From positions 676,216-740,215 of the forward strand of contig NW_003314338.1 in NCBI RefSeq assembly GCF_000143415.4: a stretch of 64,000 nt of DNA, in the 5' to 3' direction. This DNA comes from Selaginella moellendorffii (Eukaryota; Plantae; Lycopodiophyta). Positions within the stretch are counted from its first letter, which is position 1. Every line of letters begins with the position of its first letter. The translations under genes were made by a program, and so were the position numbers. Below are positions 16,358 to 29,999 of this stretch, one piece after another. The notes beneath the pieces were generated by a model. The model ran no database searches, was not told where the DNA came from, and saw only the letters and a list, made by a program, of their open reading frames with translations.

Positions 16358-19217
16358 CTATACACCCGCCAGGCAGCAACGAAAGAGATGCGAGGACGAA
16401 GAGGGCGAGGAGGAAGAGGCAGTAGAACCTGTCCGCCGGATCTCGCTCGCGCGCTCCACCGTCTTGGCGGCCTTCTCGCCCCGCTTGGCCTCGGCGGCGG
16501 CGCGGAGCTCCTCGGCACGCCGCCTCGCCGCCGCCAACTTGTTCATCATTCTCTCGTGTGCATGGGATCTCATTCTCTCCACTTTCACCTGCGAGGAAGA
16601 GAATCATTCACATCATTCCAGCCAAAGCTAATCCCCCAAGTGAGATCTAGTCCTAGCTAACGAAGCTCTGTCTATCTATCTCCCCAGTGATAGATAGATA
16701 CTATACTCTATAATAGCCAAGCAAATCACTCGCTTGAATGATGCTAGAACATGGACATGTGCGAGGGCCTGATGATGGTGGACTGGCTGACTGACTGATT
16801 GTGGTGAGTGGACTGGCGACTGTGGACTGGGACTGGACCGGCGCTGACCGCTCTGACCGTCGGCGCCGGTCACGGATTAAAACCAGAGTTTTTACCTTAC
16901 GTTCTATTCTATTCCATTTTCACCTGCCGCAATTACTCCCATTCGTTAAGTGAGGAATCAATCAGTAGCAGCGCGGCAGCAGCGGTCATAGCCAGCCAGC
17001 CAGCTAAAAAGCAAAGGATGAACAAACAAAAAAGAAGAGAAGGAAAAGATCTCACACAAAACGAGATAAACAGGCAGAGGACCTGGCAGGGGTTTGGAAG
17101 GATGTAAAGCTCAACACAGGTGCCGTACGCTTTGGATTCCAAGACGTACGCTCATGATTCTATTCTATCGCGGAGATCACTAAAAACACTCCTAGAGGGA
17201 AAAGCTAGAACTTGACGCTAAAGAGCCAAAGAACATAAAAACATAGAGCAGGGAGCGAGCGACAGCTTACCTCCATTCGTCTCAATTCGGCCTCGGCCTT
17301 GGCCTTCTGGTGATTCTCCCACGCCAAAATCTTAGCCTCCTCGCGCTCATACCTTTTTGTTTGCATCGATAGATCGGAAAAACGAAAGCTTTAGAACTGA
17401 ATCGATCAGGCAAAGAACTCTATCGCTTACCTCGCCATGTACTTGGCGTGCTCGGCCTCCTCCCACGCGGTCGCGCGGCTTTCAACCATGGTCCGCCTCA
17501 CCTCGTCCAGGTCAACGGCCGGTCTAAGAGAGTCAACGGTTTGATTTTGCTGCTGCTGCTGCTGGATCACCACCTTGAGGCATTTGGACGCATCGTTCTC
17601 TTCCTCCTCGCGCGTCGCCCACGCCGCGATGCTACTCTTGCCCAGTTGCGTGCCAAGCACCAAGATCTCGTGCCTGGTAGCGTTCCTGGTGGTGTGGATC
17701 GTCGCTCCACCCGGGGTCGCTGGAAGCGCTGGAATCGATGCGAGCTGCTCGTCCAGATGATCGCCAGGAGGAGGGAGCGGCGGAGGAGGAGAGGCGTCGG
17801 TGCCGGTGGAGCGGTAATTCGGTGGCATGGTGGGCGTGGTTGCCTGTGGCGGCGGCGGTGGCGGCGGCGGTGGAGGGATTGGTCGCAATCGCCCCGGCGA
17901 GACGCCCGGGCTGGTCATGATTGGAGTGCGCATCGGCGTCGCTGTTCTTGACGGCTCCTGGCTCGCGATTGGGGTCATCTCCGTGCCCATGTCGCGCATG
18001 GAGATGGATCGAGGCCCTGGAGCGATGCACGCCACGCTCTCGTACAGAGACGTCGGGCTCTTGGGCGGCTGGTGGGGATCTTGCTTGAAATCGAAGCCGC
18101 TGGTAGCCTCTGCGAGGAAGAACCCAGTGTTAGATCGTGGAAGAGAGGAAGAATGAGGGAAGAATTCATCGATCACGCGAGATTATGGATGCATGGCAAG
18201 GAATCTCCAAGAATGCGATGAAGAACAATGGATGCATGGCAAGGAATCTCAAGGAATGCGAGGAAGAAGAGGGAAGAAATCTCGCTACGCACCTGTTGGA
18301 TCCGTGAAAGGCTTCTGGATGCGCAGCTGCTGGTTCTTGACCGCCTCGCAGATCGTCGCCTCCAGCGCCTTGCCGCCATCGCTCTTCACCATGGGGAAGC
18401 TAAATCTCGATCCCACGACGCCGGCGGCCATGGAAGAAGAAGTGGACGACGAATCGATCATCATCTTCTTCTCCCGGTCCTCGGATTCTCCCTCCTCGTC
18501 CTCGTCCTCCTCGAGCTCCTCGACGCGGTCTCCCTGGATGAGATCGCTGCTCTCCAGCTCGCGATCGCCGCCGCCTTGCGGCTGCTGGTGGAGCTTCTTG
18601 AATCCGTGAATCTGCTGCCTCTTGCCGGATTTCTTGGCGGAGGATTTGAGCCACTTCTCGGCGTCGTCCCATTTGGATGGAAATGTGAAGAGAGCCCTGG
18701 AGGAGGAGGAGGAGGAGGAGGAAGAGGTCGTGGAAGAGGTGGGCTTCTTGGAGGCCGAGGGAGGAGAGTGGTGGTGTTGATCGGACGGTAGAGCGACCTC
18801 GAGAACCGGCGTGGCGTCATCGCTGTCGTCCAAATGCTGTTGGTGCCTCGCCATAGCGGCTGGGTCGCTAGCTACGCGAACGTTAAAAGCACCTGGAACA
18901 CATAACAAAGTGAGAGACCCGTGAATATGCCTGGCCAATGTAGGTGAATATTCGCCTCCATAGCCAGGAAGAACACTCGAGACAACTCAAGAACACGAAG
19001 AACACGACCAAGAACGCGAAGAACACGACCAAGAACGGCAAGAACAGGGGACCTAGAGCCCGGGCAGCCGATATTTCGGAGCCGATTGAGCAAAAGAGTG
19101 ATAGAGGATGCGATTACCTTCTGGGAAGAAGCCGCGCCGGATGCTGTTCTTGCTGAAGGATTTCATGATCCCATTGGCGCTGCTACCCTGATCAGCCCCT
19201 GCTGCTGAGGCGGACAT
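16358..19217 (-). CDS. Remorin family protein with long disordered N-terminus (group 6-like), 5 exons
   Basis: Motifs FPSKWDDAEKWL, SMRDMGTEMTPIASQEPSRTATP, ATAWEEAEHAKYMARYEREEAKILAWENHQKAKAEAE and C-terminal CC; ATG inferred at 19217. Confidence 0.9.
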
Positions 19218-20308
19218 TATTCCTCCCTATCAATCTCTTCCTGGCCTCGGCCGCGATTCCTCCAAATCCAGTGGAAATTCCTGCCTCGAGAAGCCCACAG
19301 CTCACCTGTGTCCCCTCTTTGACCGATCGGGAGCGATGATCTAGGAGCGCATTGTATCAATCTCTCAATTTCGCGACAGCGAGCATCCTAATCCTAATCC
19401 CTGGACAAGAGACACACAGCCTTTCTCCTCAGTGAGCCAGCTCTTTGATGATAGAGCAATGCGAGTTTTTTATTCGCGCTCTCTCGTTCACGACCCAAGG
19501 AATAAAATGCGCACAAAGGGAATTCGATGGTATATACTCTTAACGGTACTGTGGGGAACATTCCGTGGCCGAGGACGGTATATGCCAGTGATTCTGTTAA
19601 AACGTGGCCAGATCGAGACCGTTCATCTTGTGATGGAAAATATCACAACGACCTGACTGGATTGTCCTCATCGAAAATGGATGAAAGGACGGAATGGCGG
19701 TGGCCAGGATTTGGGATGTGTGTTCTTGCCTCTTTTGGGACATCGTGGGTGAATATAAGTGTTTGGAGAAAAGTTTCTCTTTGGTTAAAAGATTAAGAAG
19801 AGCGAGGGATTTGTTTGATCGATTCGTGGCCTTGGTCAAGAAATGCTGCTGGCGGATGAAAATCACGCCTGTGATCAATGCAAGTTGCCAAATTCTCGGA
19901 GACCAACCAGCAAAAATCCCAGCTCTCGCAGGGCTAAATGCTTTTTGACCACTACTCTGGACGCATTGTAGGAACCAACCAACCAACATATCAAATTTTC
20001 ATATGATAAACTATGAATATATGATAGTACTATGAATATAACAATTGTTATTCGAATTTTTATTGGTAACAATTATTATTTGAAAATGAAGTGCATTTCT
20101 GATAAAATAGTAATATTACCTTATTAGTTGTATTTATATAGATTAGAAATCTAATTAATCAAGCTTTAGAGTCGTGCGAATATTGAGAATATTCCTCGTG
20201 GCGGTGGATACATTGCATTTGAGAGAAGTACGTTCCCTCCTCTCCCTGGAGAACCACTTGAGGCCTCCATTTGTTCCTTCTCTCTTCTAGGGTTTATGAG
20301 CGAGGGCA

Positions 20309-21888
20309 ATGGCGCGAGGGGGAGGGGCCGCTGCCGCGCTGCTCGCGCTCCTCGTGCTTGGATCCCATGCAGGCGCCTACGCGCAGGAGGATCATGATCG
20401 CGATCGCGCCTACAAGTGCTTCCCGGCGATCTTCTCCCTCGGCGACGATTGGGCCGACACTGGCAATGCGCGCACGCTGTATCCCACCGATCTCGAGGCC
20501 CAGGAGGAAGTCTCGCCTTACGGCATGACCTTCTTCAAGAGCCCCGCGCATCGGCTCTCGGATGGAAGGCTGATGATCGATTTCTTGGGTAAGTGATCTT
20601 CTAGGTTGCTATAAGATTTCTTATCGTTTACTGGCATTGCATGCTACGTTATAGCGCAAGCATTCGGCATGCCTCTCTTGTCATCCTACACGACCGGCGT
20701 GGTGTCGAATTTGCGGCATGGGATTAGCTTCGCGGTCGCTGGAAGCACTGCCAGCTTCTCGGATCTCAAAGTCCCGTATCCGTTGCTCATCCAGGTGCAG
20801 TGGGTCGACAAGTTCCAGTCGGATGTTTTAGATGCTCTCGCTACTGGTAAGAATCCATCCATATCTATACTATGCGACCTTCTTTGCAACTCTTCTTTTT
20901 TGTGATGCCAAATTCAAGGAACCACTCAGCCCCTCCCGGATCCAGCGTACTTCCGGACCGCTCTCTACGTGATCTCTACCGGGCAGAACGATTACAGATA
21001 CGCTCTACAATCTGGTGCGATGAGCGTGGCCGATGTGGAGTTCACTGTCGTTCCTCAAGTCGTGGAGAACATCACCGCGAGTATTGCTGTAAGCTTCTCT
21101 CGATTTTCTTCTTCAGTTTTTGAGTGCTCATGCATCTAGTTTTCCTGTGACTTTGGAGCATTGCATTTGGTTTGCTAGACAAAGCTTTCGAGCTCTTACT
21201 CCAACGATCTTCTTACAGCTGCTAGCCGAGAACCTCCAGGCGCGGAAGTTTTTGGTGATCAGCGTTCCTCCCGTCGGCTGCACACCCGAGATGCTCACAC
21301 TCTTCGCCAGCACCGACCCGCTTGATTACGACGACAACGGCTGCCTTCGCAAGCTAAACCGGTTGTCCGAGCTCCACAACGAGCTACTCGCGGCAGCCGT
21401 GGACAGGATGCGCGTTCTCCTCTCGCTCCAAGACCCCTCCTACAACATCACTTTCGTGGACATGTACAGCATCATGACCGAAGTGCTGTACGATCCTCCA
21501 AAGCGTGGTAGGCTTTCTTGCAAAGTTCTTGACTATTGATCTTGCTAAGAGTGCGATCTTTCCTTCGTTTGCAGGCTTCTCGGAGCCGCTGCTTGCGTGC
21601 TGCGGGGCCAAAGAGCCATACAACTTCCACGAGAAGGTGATGTGTGGGAGGAGAATGCTGATCCAAAACTCCACGGTCCTGGCCAGCGCTTGCAGCAATC
21701 CGCGAGAGTACATAAGCTGGGATGGCATCCACACCACCGAGGCGTTCAATCGCTACGCCGTCAACTCCATCCTCGAGGGGAGGTATGTTCTTCCCGGCGA
21801 CGCTTTCCGCTGCTACTCCGCGGAAGAAACCGATGATTCCACTCCAGTGACTCCATCGTCGCCACCGCCAGGAGCTGGGAACCCGTAG
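20309..21888 (+). CDS. Secreted GDSL esterase/lipase-like protein (catalytic Ser replaced), 5 exons
   Basis: Signal-peptide-like N-terminus; block I IFSLGDDWADTGN, PYGMTFF...RLSDGRLMIDFL, FAVAGS, GQNDY and block V YISWDGIHTTEAFN. Confidence 0.9.
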
Positions 21889-22560
21889 GCCAAGGATGGC
21901 GGCGATGGATTAGTTCTTTCTTCCTTCGCGGGAAATATTTTGTTCAAACGTAGTCAAATGGATATATTCAAAGCATAGTCAATTTGATACCGTTTCATCG
22001 AACTACGAAAGCTATACACTTCGCTTACCTGTTCGAAAAAAGAAGAGCGACGCTGGAGCCAAGGAAATGGACGAAGAAGCAAATGTGAAACGAAAAATGA
22101 GATGGGAGTTTTCTTTGTAAAGTTTGATGTCAATCGTTACCAAAGAACTTTGAAGCAAGTTAGGCATTACACAATCTTCAGACTAGTGCAGCCACCACCA
22201 TTGCCAACATCAAATGTAGTAGAATTTGAAAGCCTCGCATCCAGAGGTGGCGAGGAAGGATTAGCCTGTATATGAAAATTTTAAATCATCCTACTGCATT
22301 GAAAATTATGCATAGATAATTCCTGATACTGGTTCCTTGGTTATTCCCCTGTGTACAAAGGATATATATATGATCTTGATCTCTTGACCTCCACCGTGCT
22401 GCTTTCCACTAGCTTTCTCAAGTTGTAAATTAGTAGAATTTTGACGTGAGGCACGTTGCACTCATCAATCATTTGAAAGAACTTGATCAAAGCAAAAGAA
22501 TGAATTCAAAGAAAAGTTACATTTAGTTGCAGTCTTGTTTCATAATGCAAATTCAAAACA

Positions 22561-23856
22561 GTCTATGGGAACTATAACTAATTTATTAGTATTAAGTGGT
22601 AATGAATATACCTAGAATGTATTTGGATATTTTAAATTATTCTATTATCTAGCATTTATTATTCATTTAGATTAATCTTGTATTTATAATTTACAAATAT
22701 ATTTATAATTTATATACTTTCCTAAAAATAATAAACATATTTATAAAAAACATTTTTATAAGTATATTTAGACCTAATAGTATAGCATCTGTCTTCGGCC
22801 TATAGTTTTGGAAGCAAGAATTCCTGTCTGAGCCTACTAACCAGGCTTTAAATGCAAGGCTGATCCTAGCCAGGGGGACTATGGTGATTAGTTGGTCCAC
22901 CAGTCCATTGAAGTTCAAGCTGAGGCATTCCGTCCCCTTTTGGCAATCCTTCCACCATCCTTAACTCTTTTCAGTGTCAAGCTAAATTGAGCTTTTGATA
23001 GCTGCCTAATCACAACAGTCAAATGTGTCCTTCTACATGGAGAGTATGAATTGCATGGTGCATCAATATGGATGCCATCTAGATTCTACTCCATCTATGC
23101 TAGAGCTAGAGAAACTCATGAGAAGTAAGAAGAGGGTGAAGAGATGAGATTAATACCGGGCCACCAGTCTCTGGCCTAGTTGACAATGAATAAATTTCTT
23201 TATTCATTTCTATTCTTTCCAAATCATCAATTTTGGTAATAAAAACAGGCAATACTAATTGGTTCACACTAGCCATTATAGTGTGTCATTTCATTTCTTT
23301 ACTTGGGTGCCCAGATTCTTGGTGGAAACACTCTCTTTACAGCGATTTACTTAGCTTTTCACAAGATCCTATCAAATTTTAAAATGTGCTAGAAATGCCT
23401 AGTGATTGATTTCTTACTTAGTTTCCATTGTTATACACTTTCTAGCACCACGCCTTGCTACTCCATGGGCATCGCTGCTGCTCATTGCCAAATATTCATA
23501 ATATTTTAATCCTAATACTAAATAAATTGCTACGCGTTGCATGTAGCAACGCTTGGTTTGCTTAATGGTAGTTTTATTATTACTTATTAATCTAATTGAT
23601 CAAATAAAGTTTATATTATAAGCATGTTTGTAATTTATAAACACAAGATTAATCTTATGGCATATCAACCATTAGATGATAGAATAAAAAAGAATATACT
23701 AGAAAGGGTTTAGGAAAGTTTATAAATTATAAACATGTTTATAAATTATAAATACCAAATTAATCTAAATGAATACAAACCGTTAGATGGTAGAATATCC
23801 TAGAATATCCGACCATATTCTAGGTATATTCACTACCATCCTAGTCCCCCTATAGG
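22561..23856. mobile_element. Putative non-autonomous element bounded by ~150-200 bp degenerate AT-rich inverted repeats
   Basis: Reverse complement of 22561-22720 aligns by eye to 23715-23856 (shared attaatctaaatgaata and attctaggtatattcactacca-like blocks); no clear TSD. Confidence 0.45.
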
Positions 23857-23929
23857 TAAACCAACAAAAACATAGGATTTTAGCAAAAAATGCAAAAGAA
23901 TGATATTGTAGCATTATCTTACTTGAATG

Positions 23930-24106
23930 TGTGAGTGCTCGGAATATGGAAAGGGAATACAGAAAATATGCATATCCATTAGCCCAAAAAACCCTAGCTT
24001 ATATACAGGAGCGAGTGGTCCGGATTGAAACCAACCCAACGGCTACCAAAATCCCACTACGCTAATATTAGTATATGACATCGTAGCCGTACACTTGGCC
24101 CTCACA
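23930..24106 (-). repeat. 3' LTR of gypsy element (polypurine tract adjacent at 24107-24121)
   Basis: Direct repeat of 28779-28955 with 12 mismatches by manual count; adjacent minus-strand GAGAGGAGGGGATGA. Confidence 0.95.
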
Positions 24107-27100
24107 TCATCCCCTCCTCTCGAAATAATGGCAAACCATCAGGGTTCTCTTGTAGATGGGCCGGGATCTGGAGGAACGTCAAGAGGAGGCATCGGTGGAT
24201 CTGTAGATGGTATTAACTGCTCCTGATCCCTTTGTATAAAGCGTTTCAACTGCTGCACATGCACAATCTCTGGAGGATCGGCCTGCTGGACGTCATGCCA
24301 AATCTCATAAATTTGTGGTCCAACTTGCCACAACACCTGATATTGTCCTTTCCATTGTGCAAGGAGCCCCTTAGATAAACCATGTACCGTATGATGGGGA
24401 AAACGGACTAACACCAAATCATCCACTTTGTACTCCGCAGGTGGACAATGATGGGAGTTGTACCGCCATTGTTGTCCCACTTATATGCGGCCTAAGTGTT
24501 CGATAGACTTCACTCGGACAAGTGGAAAAATGCTTGTCAAATATTAATCCCATGACCTAGCATCCGCAGCTCGTGGCAATCGCGAAGGTAAACCCAACTT
24601 TGTTGGTAATATTGGATCATGACCATATAGGAGTTTATATGGTGAAGCACCAACAGAACTCTGCACTCCAGTGACATATGCATACCGAAGAGACGGCAAA
24701 TAACCATCCCAATCCGAATGTTGAAAGTTCACATACTTCGCAATCATCCCCTTGAACGTCCGAATGAGCCGTTCCACCAGACCGTCTGATTGTGGATGAT
24801 AAGCACTCGTGAAAGTGTGGCGAATCCCCAACCGAGACTTCAAAACATGAAATGCCTCAGACATAAATGCGGGACCATTATCCGAAAGAATCCGCTCTGG
24901 ACAAGAATGCTGGAACACCACTCGATTGAGGAGGAAGTATCCAACAGCAGTTGCAGAGGCGCTAGCAAGAGCACCAACTTCCACCCAACAAGTCAAATAG
25001 TCAGAAGCAATAATAACATACTCATTGCCAGCAGTCGACTGTGGAAAAGGTCCCATAAGATCAAACGCCACCAACTCAAAAGAACGGGAAACTGCAATTG
25101 ACTCTAACCATCCTTCTGCAGCCCGAGGGGGAGTATTACGAGCTTGGCACCAAACGCAGCTACGCACATACCGGTTAATATCACGTCGCATCTCCGGCCA
25201 ATAGAAAGACCTGCGTAGCTTCTCGATTACACGACGATGTCCCATATGCCCACCTAGAATAGGAGAATCATGGTAGGCATGGAGAAACCGCGGAATAAAG
25301 ATAGAAGGCACCACCAGCCATAAATGATCATCAGGATCTATCCCCACAAAATAAAGAAGGCCACCTTCAAGATCATATTGAGAATGTAAATGCCGGAAAG
25401 GCAAGTCATCAGGAAGTGATGCAGGATTCTCAAACCCATCTCGAAGCCTTCAAATCCATGGCTCAATTTTTTGAGCCTCGCGAACCTCATCAAGCGAAGT
25501 TAGATCTTGCTCTGCACTTTGTGGACACTGAACGTCAAGGACAGCAACCGCCGATGGCACAGAATCCTCGTCTAGAAAATCCACAGATGCTGGAACAACA
25601 GGCTTGTCAAAAACATGAGAAGAGAGTGAAGAAGGAAGAGGAGCTCGAGAAAGGGCATCAGCATCAACTATAGAACTCCTTGGGCGATGAACAACATCAA
25701 AATCATATATCTGAAGCTTTAAAGCCCACCGAGCAGTACGACCAACTAGGTTCTTCCACTTTAATAACGAAGTAACAGCAGCATGGTCACCTTCAAGTAA
25801 CATCTGAGAACCATGTAGATATGCATGAAGTTTCTCGAAACCCCAGACTGCTGCTAAACACTCCTTCTCTGTCGTGGAGTAGTTCATCTCCGCTGGTTGT
25901 AATGTACAGCTTATATATGCAATGGGATGGCGCTGACCAGGCACACTCGAGCTCTCTTGCATCAACACACCTCCAAGATCAATGTCATAAGCATCCATGC
26001 GCAAAATAAAAGGTCAAGTGTAGTCAGGATATGCCAAAACCAGAGGAGTCGTTAACAGCTCTTTGAGATCCCTGAATGCCCACTCACAATCCGGAGACCA
26101 GATGAAAGATGATGTTGATGACTTCAGTAATGCTCGCAACGGTGCAGTGCGATAAGAAAGATGATCCACAAAACGACCGAGATACTGCACCTTGCCCAAG
26201 AAGTGTTGCACATCATTCACACACTTCGGAGTAGGGAACTTTAGAACAACCACAAGTTTGTCAGGATCAACTTGCAAACCCTCACACGAAATACGGTACC
26301 CAAGATAAGTTGTATCCTTGGACCCAAACACGCACTTCAACCGCTTCAGCTTTAAATCAATGTTGCGTAGCCGATACAACACTTTACAAACATCACGAAC
26401 GTGCTCCTCTCACGTCCCCTCCAAGTGGATCAAGACATCATCAATGAAGTTAGCAGTCACCTCCGGCATATCGCAAAGAACCTCGTCCATCATCCGCTAG
26501 AAAGTTGCTGGAGCATTGTTCAAACCAAACAGCATCACCAAAAATTCGTACGAACCAAATGGTGTATGAAAAGCGGTCTTAGGAATATCTTCTTCGGCCA
26601 TCGGTATTTGCCAGTACCCAAAAGTAAGATCTAGCTTGGTGAACCAACGACTTCACCCCAGATGATCCAAGAGATCAGTAGTGTGAGGAAGAGGGTATAC
26701 ATCTGGGATCGTCACTTCGTTTAACGGACGATAGTCGATGCAGAAACAAATACTCCCATCAGGCTTTGTCACAAGATGAGGTTCACATGCCCAAGGACTC
26801 CACGACTTCCGAATGACACCTTTCTCCAACATCTCCTTGACATTTGCACGTAAAATCCGGATCTCTTTGGGTGACCGACGACGAACAGGAACCTTGATTG
26901 GACGAGCATCCTTGGTTGGAATTGGATGACGTGTGGCAATCTTGGCCTCAAACGATAGGTCAAATTCAAAGAGATCAGAATACTCCTTCATGAGCTGGTC
27001 CACCGCTGCAACACAAAGATCATCGGAGGGATCGGAAAAGGGAAGAGTAGAACAAAATGGGAATATAGGAGGAAATAGTGGGGGAACAAAAGTAATGGAA

Positions 27101-28778
27101 GCAAAGGTAGAAGTAGAGGGACGAAGAGGGACAGAAGTAAGAGGAATGGATGAAACATAAGGAAGTATGAGACAAGGGGGAGAAGCCTCAAAGTCACACT
27201 TGGCATGGTGGCGCTGCAACCAATCCATACCAAGAATGAAGTCAAAAGCTTGACTCGGCACCACCCACAAGGACTGCAACTCAAGCTCAAGATCACCTAC
27301 ACGCACAACCAAGTCCGCCTCATCCCGTGCATATGCATGTGTACGGCCGTTGCCATAAAGAATGAAAACTAGTTCCACCACACGACGCAAGTGTAGACGG
27401 CAACGTGTGGCAATAGGTCGAGCAATAGAAGATAAACTCGAACTTGTATCAACTAACACGGAGAGAAGAAGAGGAGACCTCTTGCTATAAAAACGAGCTT
27501 GTAAAGTAAACACTGGATGAACTGGTGCCGAGTGAACCCCTTGATGATACTCCCGAAAGAAAGATGGAGGGGTCATTGACTTATTCGCGCAAAGTCCCTC
27601 CGTTACTCACGTGACTCTTCGTTTCCCGGATGCATCTCGGTGTCCAAACCTTCCACTGCAACAGCACCAACAGGACGTTGCTGACGCCAAGGTCTCCACC
27701 CAGGAAATGGAGGTCACCAATCCGGAAAACACCGACAACGCCGACAACGCCGATAAGTATGACCAACTTTGTCACATACCCAACAGCGAATATCACGGCT
27801 ACGACCACATCCTCGCCTTTGTCCTTGGACTCGAGCAGCAGCAGTATCAACCTCTATTGGAACAGGACCATCACCTATAGGAAGAGGAGCTAAAGGACGT
27901 GCAGTGAGAAGTGGGAGAAGCGACATCTCATAATGTTGTGCCAAGCAAAGAGCATCGTCAAGGGTGGCGGGAGCAAGTGCGTGCACAAGTCCGACAAGAT
28001 CTTGACGAAGTGCTGGCCACAACATTCCTAGCTTGATCCGTTCCGACATATTTGGCTCCGCACGAAGCAAAAGACTTCGGAAACGAACGCCAAATTGCAT
28101 CACCGACTCAAATGGCCCTTGGCGAAGATGATGCAATTGTTGGAAAGCATCATCACAGTCATCGGCATGTCCGAAGGCGCGTTTGAAGACATTCGGAAGA
28201 ACACTCCAATCCCCGCGAGTGGCTGCTCCCAAACTGTTGTACCACTGCAACGCCATCCCTTGGAGACACGTGGGAAACTCACGCAAACGTCGAGCATCAT
28301 CCCAAGAATGATATGTGGCAATCACCGTGAAGTGATCGAACCAATGGTACACATCATCCCCAGGATTCCTGCGAAAGAATTCCGGCCGAACGCGAGTATT
28401 GGCACCAAGAGCAGGAGGAGTTGTACCATGTGCCATGAATGCCGCCATCAACTAAGTTTGGTTGTTCAATTGCAAGCGCATAGCATCAAGCAATTGGACC
28501 AACTGCTGCTCCAGAGTCAAAGAAGGAGATTGCTGATCTGCCATGGAGACGAATGAAAAAGAAAGAGCAAAAGAAGAGAAATGACAAAAAGCTAGAAAGG
28601 AAATGGTAGATCTAGACAATGCAAAAAGCTAGATCTAAACCAAAATCCTGAAAGGAAATAACAAAAGAAAGGAAATGGAAAAAGCTAGATCTAGACAATG
28701 CAAAAACTAAATCTAAACCAAAATCTCAAATCTAAGCACTCCTCAAGGACAATCAAAGGTGCCCCTCATCTCCACCAA

Positions 28779-28955
28779 TGTGAGTGCTCAGAATATAGAA
28801 AGGGAATACAGAAAATGTGCATATGCATTAGCCCAAAAAACCCTAGTTTATATACAGGAGCGAGTGGTCCGGATTGAAACCAATCTGACGGCTACCAAAA
28901 TCCCACTACGCTAATATTAGTATACAACATCGTAGGCATACACTTGGCCCTCACA
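28779..28955 (-). repeat. 5' LTR of gypsy element (PBS adjacent at ~28762-28777)
   Basis: Followed on the minus strand by TGGTGGAGATGAGGGG, complementary to the 3' end of plant tRNA-Ala (CCCCGCATCTCCACCA) with one mismatch. Confidence 0.93.
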
Positions 28956-29499
28956 AATGTTAATTTCTATAGATTACTATTAAATTTAAAGTAATTGGAT
29001 AGTTTCCTTTTATTAACCAGTCACACCCAGAGATGCCCGCCTCTGCCCCTTGTGCAAGATAGGAACAAAGACCCTGTTGCATGTCATATATGCGACTACA
29101 GCTCTTCTTCTCCACACTGGACTTCCATGCCCATGACCTCCCACAATTCATGGGGAACATGACCATGGCAGCAATGACCAATCTTTTTCTACATGCCATG
29201 GAAGACTGGAGGACACTGCTCATTGAAGTAACATGTCCCCACTTTCGAAATAGAAACACCTAACTTTTAACATTTGGAGCCACAATATTTTATTCCTTCA
29301 TAGTTTGTGCTCTTTTTTATTACATTTTCTACACTCTTTTTGTCCTCCTTGCTCTTGTCATCTTATCCTCCTCCCTTGAAATTGATGCTGGTGTTGATGT
29401 TATTGCCATTGTTGTTCTGCATGCCTTGGTGAAAATCATCACCACTAACAGGAATCAACAACAATGATTCCCCAATGCAAGATCTTAGAGAGCTTGCCA

Positions 29500-29670
29500 C
29501 TGATGAGTAGAGCTCTGGCACACTACACTTGCATGGTGGACTTGCTAGGAAGATCGAACCAACTGGAGGATGCGATGGGATTGATTGTGTCGATGCTGTG
29601 GCAGCCGGATCTGGTGACTTGGATGACACTGCTGGGCTCGTGCAAGAAGTGGAGCAACTTGGACAGATCT
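29500..29670 (+). pseudogene. PPR E-domain fragment
   Basis: HYTCMVDLLGRSNQLEDAMGLIVSMLWQPDLVTWMTLLGSCK, with no upstream PPR array. Confidence 0.75.
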
Positions 29671-29999
29671 AAACGCCCTCAAGTTGTCATTCTTAGGAGA
29701 TGCTATCTTATTTCTTTTTCCTGCCCTTTGTATGCTTGGAGTCTAGCTCCCCTTGGAGAGATGAACACAAAGTTGGCCTGACGTCGGTGGGACATGTGTA
29801 CAGTTGACAAAGTGGTGTTGTTTATTGGCCATTTACTCAGAAGCACAGTTGAGTACTCTAGACTTCAAATTCTTGTGCTCATATGTGAAGCTTGTTGTGA
29901 CCCAGTATGAGAGATCGAAGGCTCAACATACTTCCAAGGATTGCTCCAGATAGGAGCTGGTGAAGATCGATAGCGGTGATGGCCAACAATCGAAGGATG

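Larger units (their letters stand above)
23930..28955 (-). mobile_element. Full-length but decayed Ty3/gypsy LTR retrotransposon (gag-PR-RT-RH-INT order, no chromodomain seen)
   Basis: 177-bp TG..CA LTRs at both ends and AATG target-site duplication. Gag has a CWVCDKVGHTYRRC knuckle; also PR LVDTSS, RT FCIDYRPLN/FIDDVL, RNase H NYSTTEKECLA and integrase ILSDNGPAF/YHPQSDGLVER. In-frame stops fragment pol. Confidence 0.95.

Noticed and set aside
18969-19046. Short AAGAACACG-type tandem repeats
   Set aside because: Simple pyrimidine-rich intron sequence of the remorin gene (minus strand).
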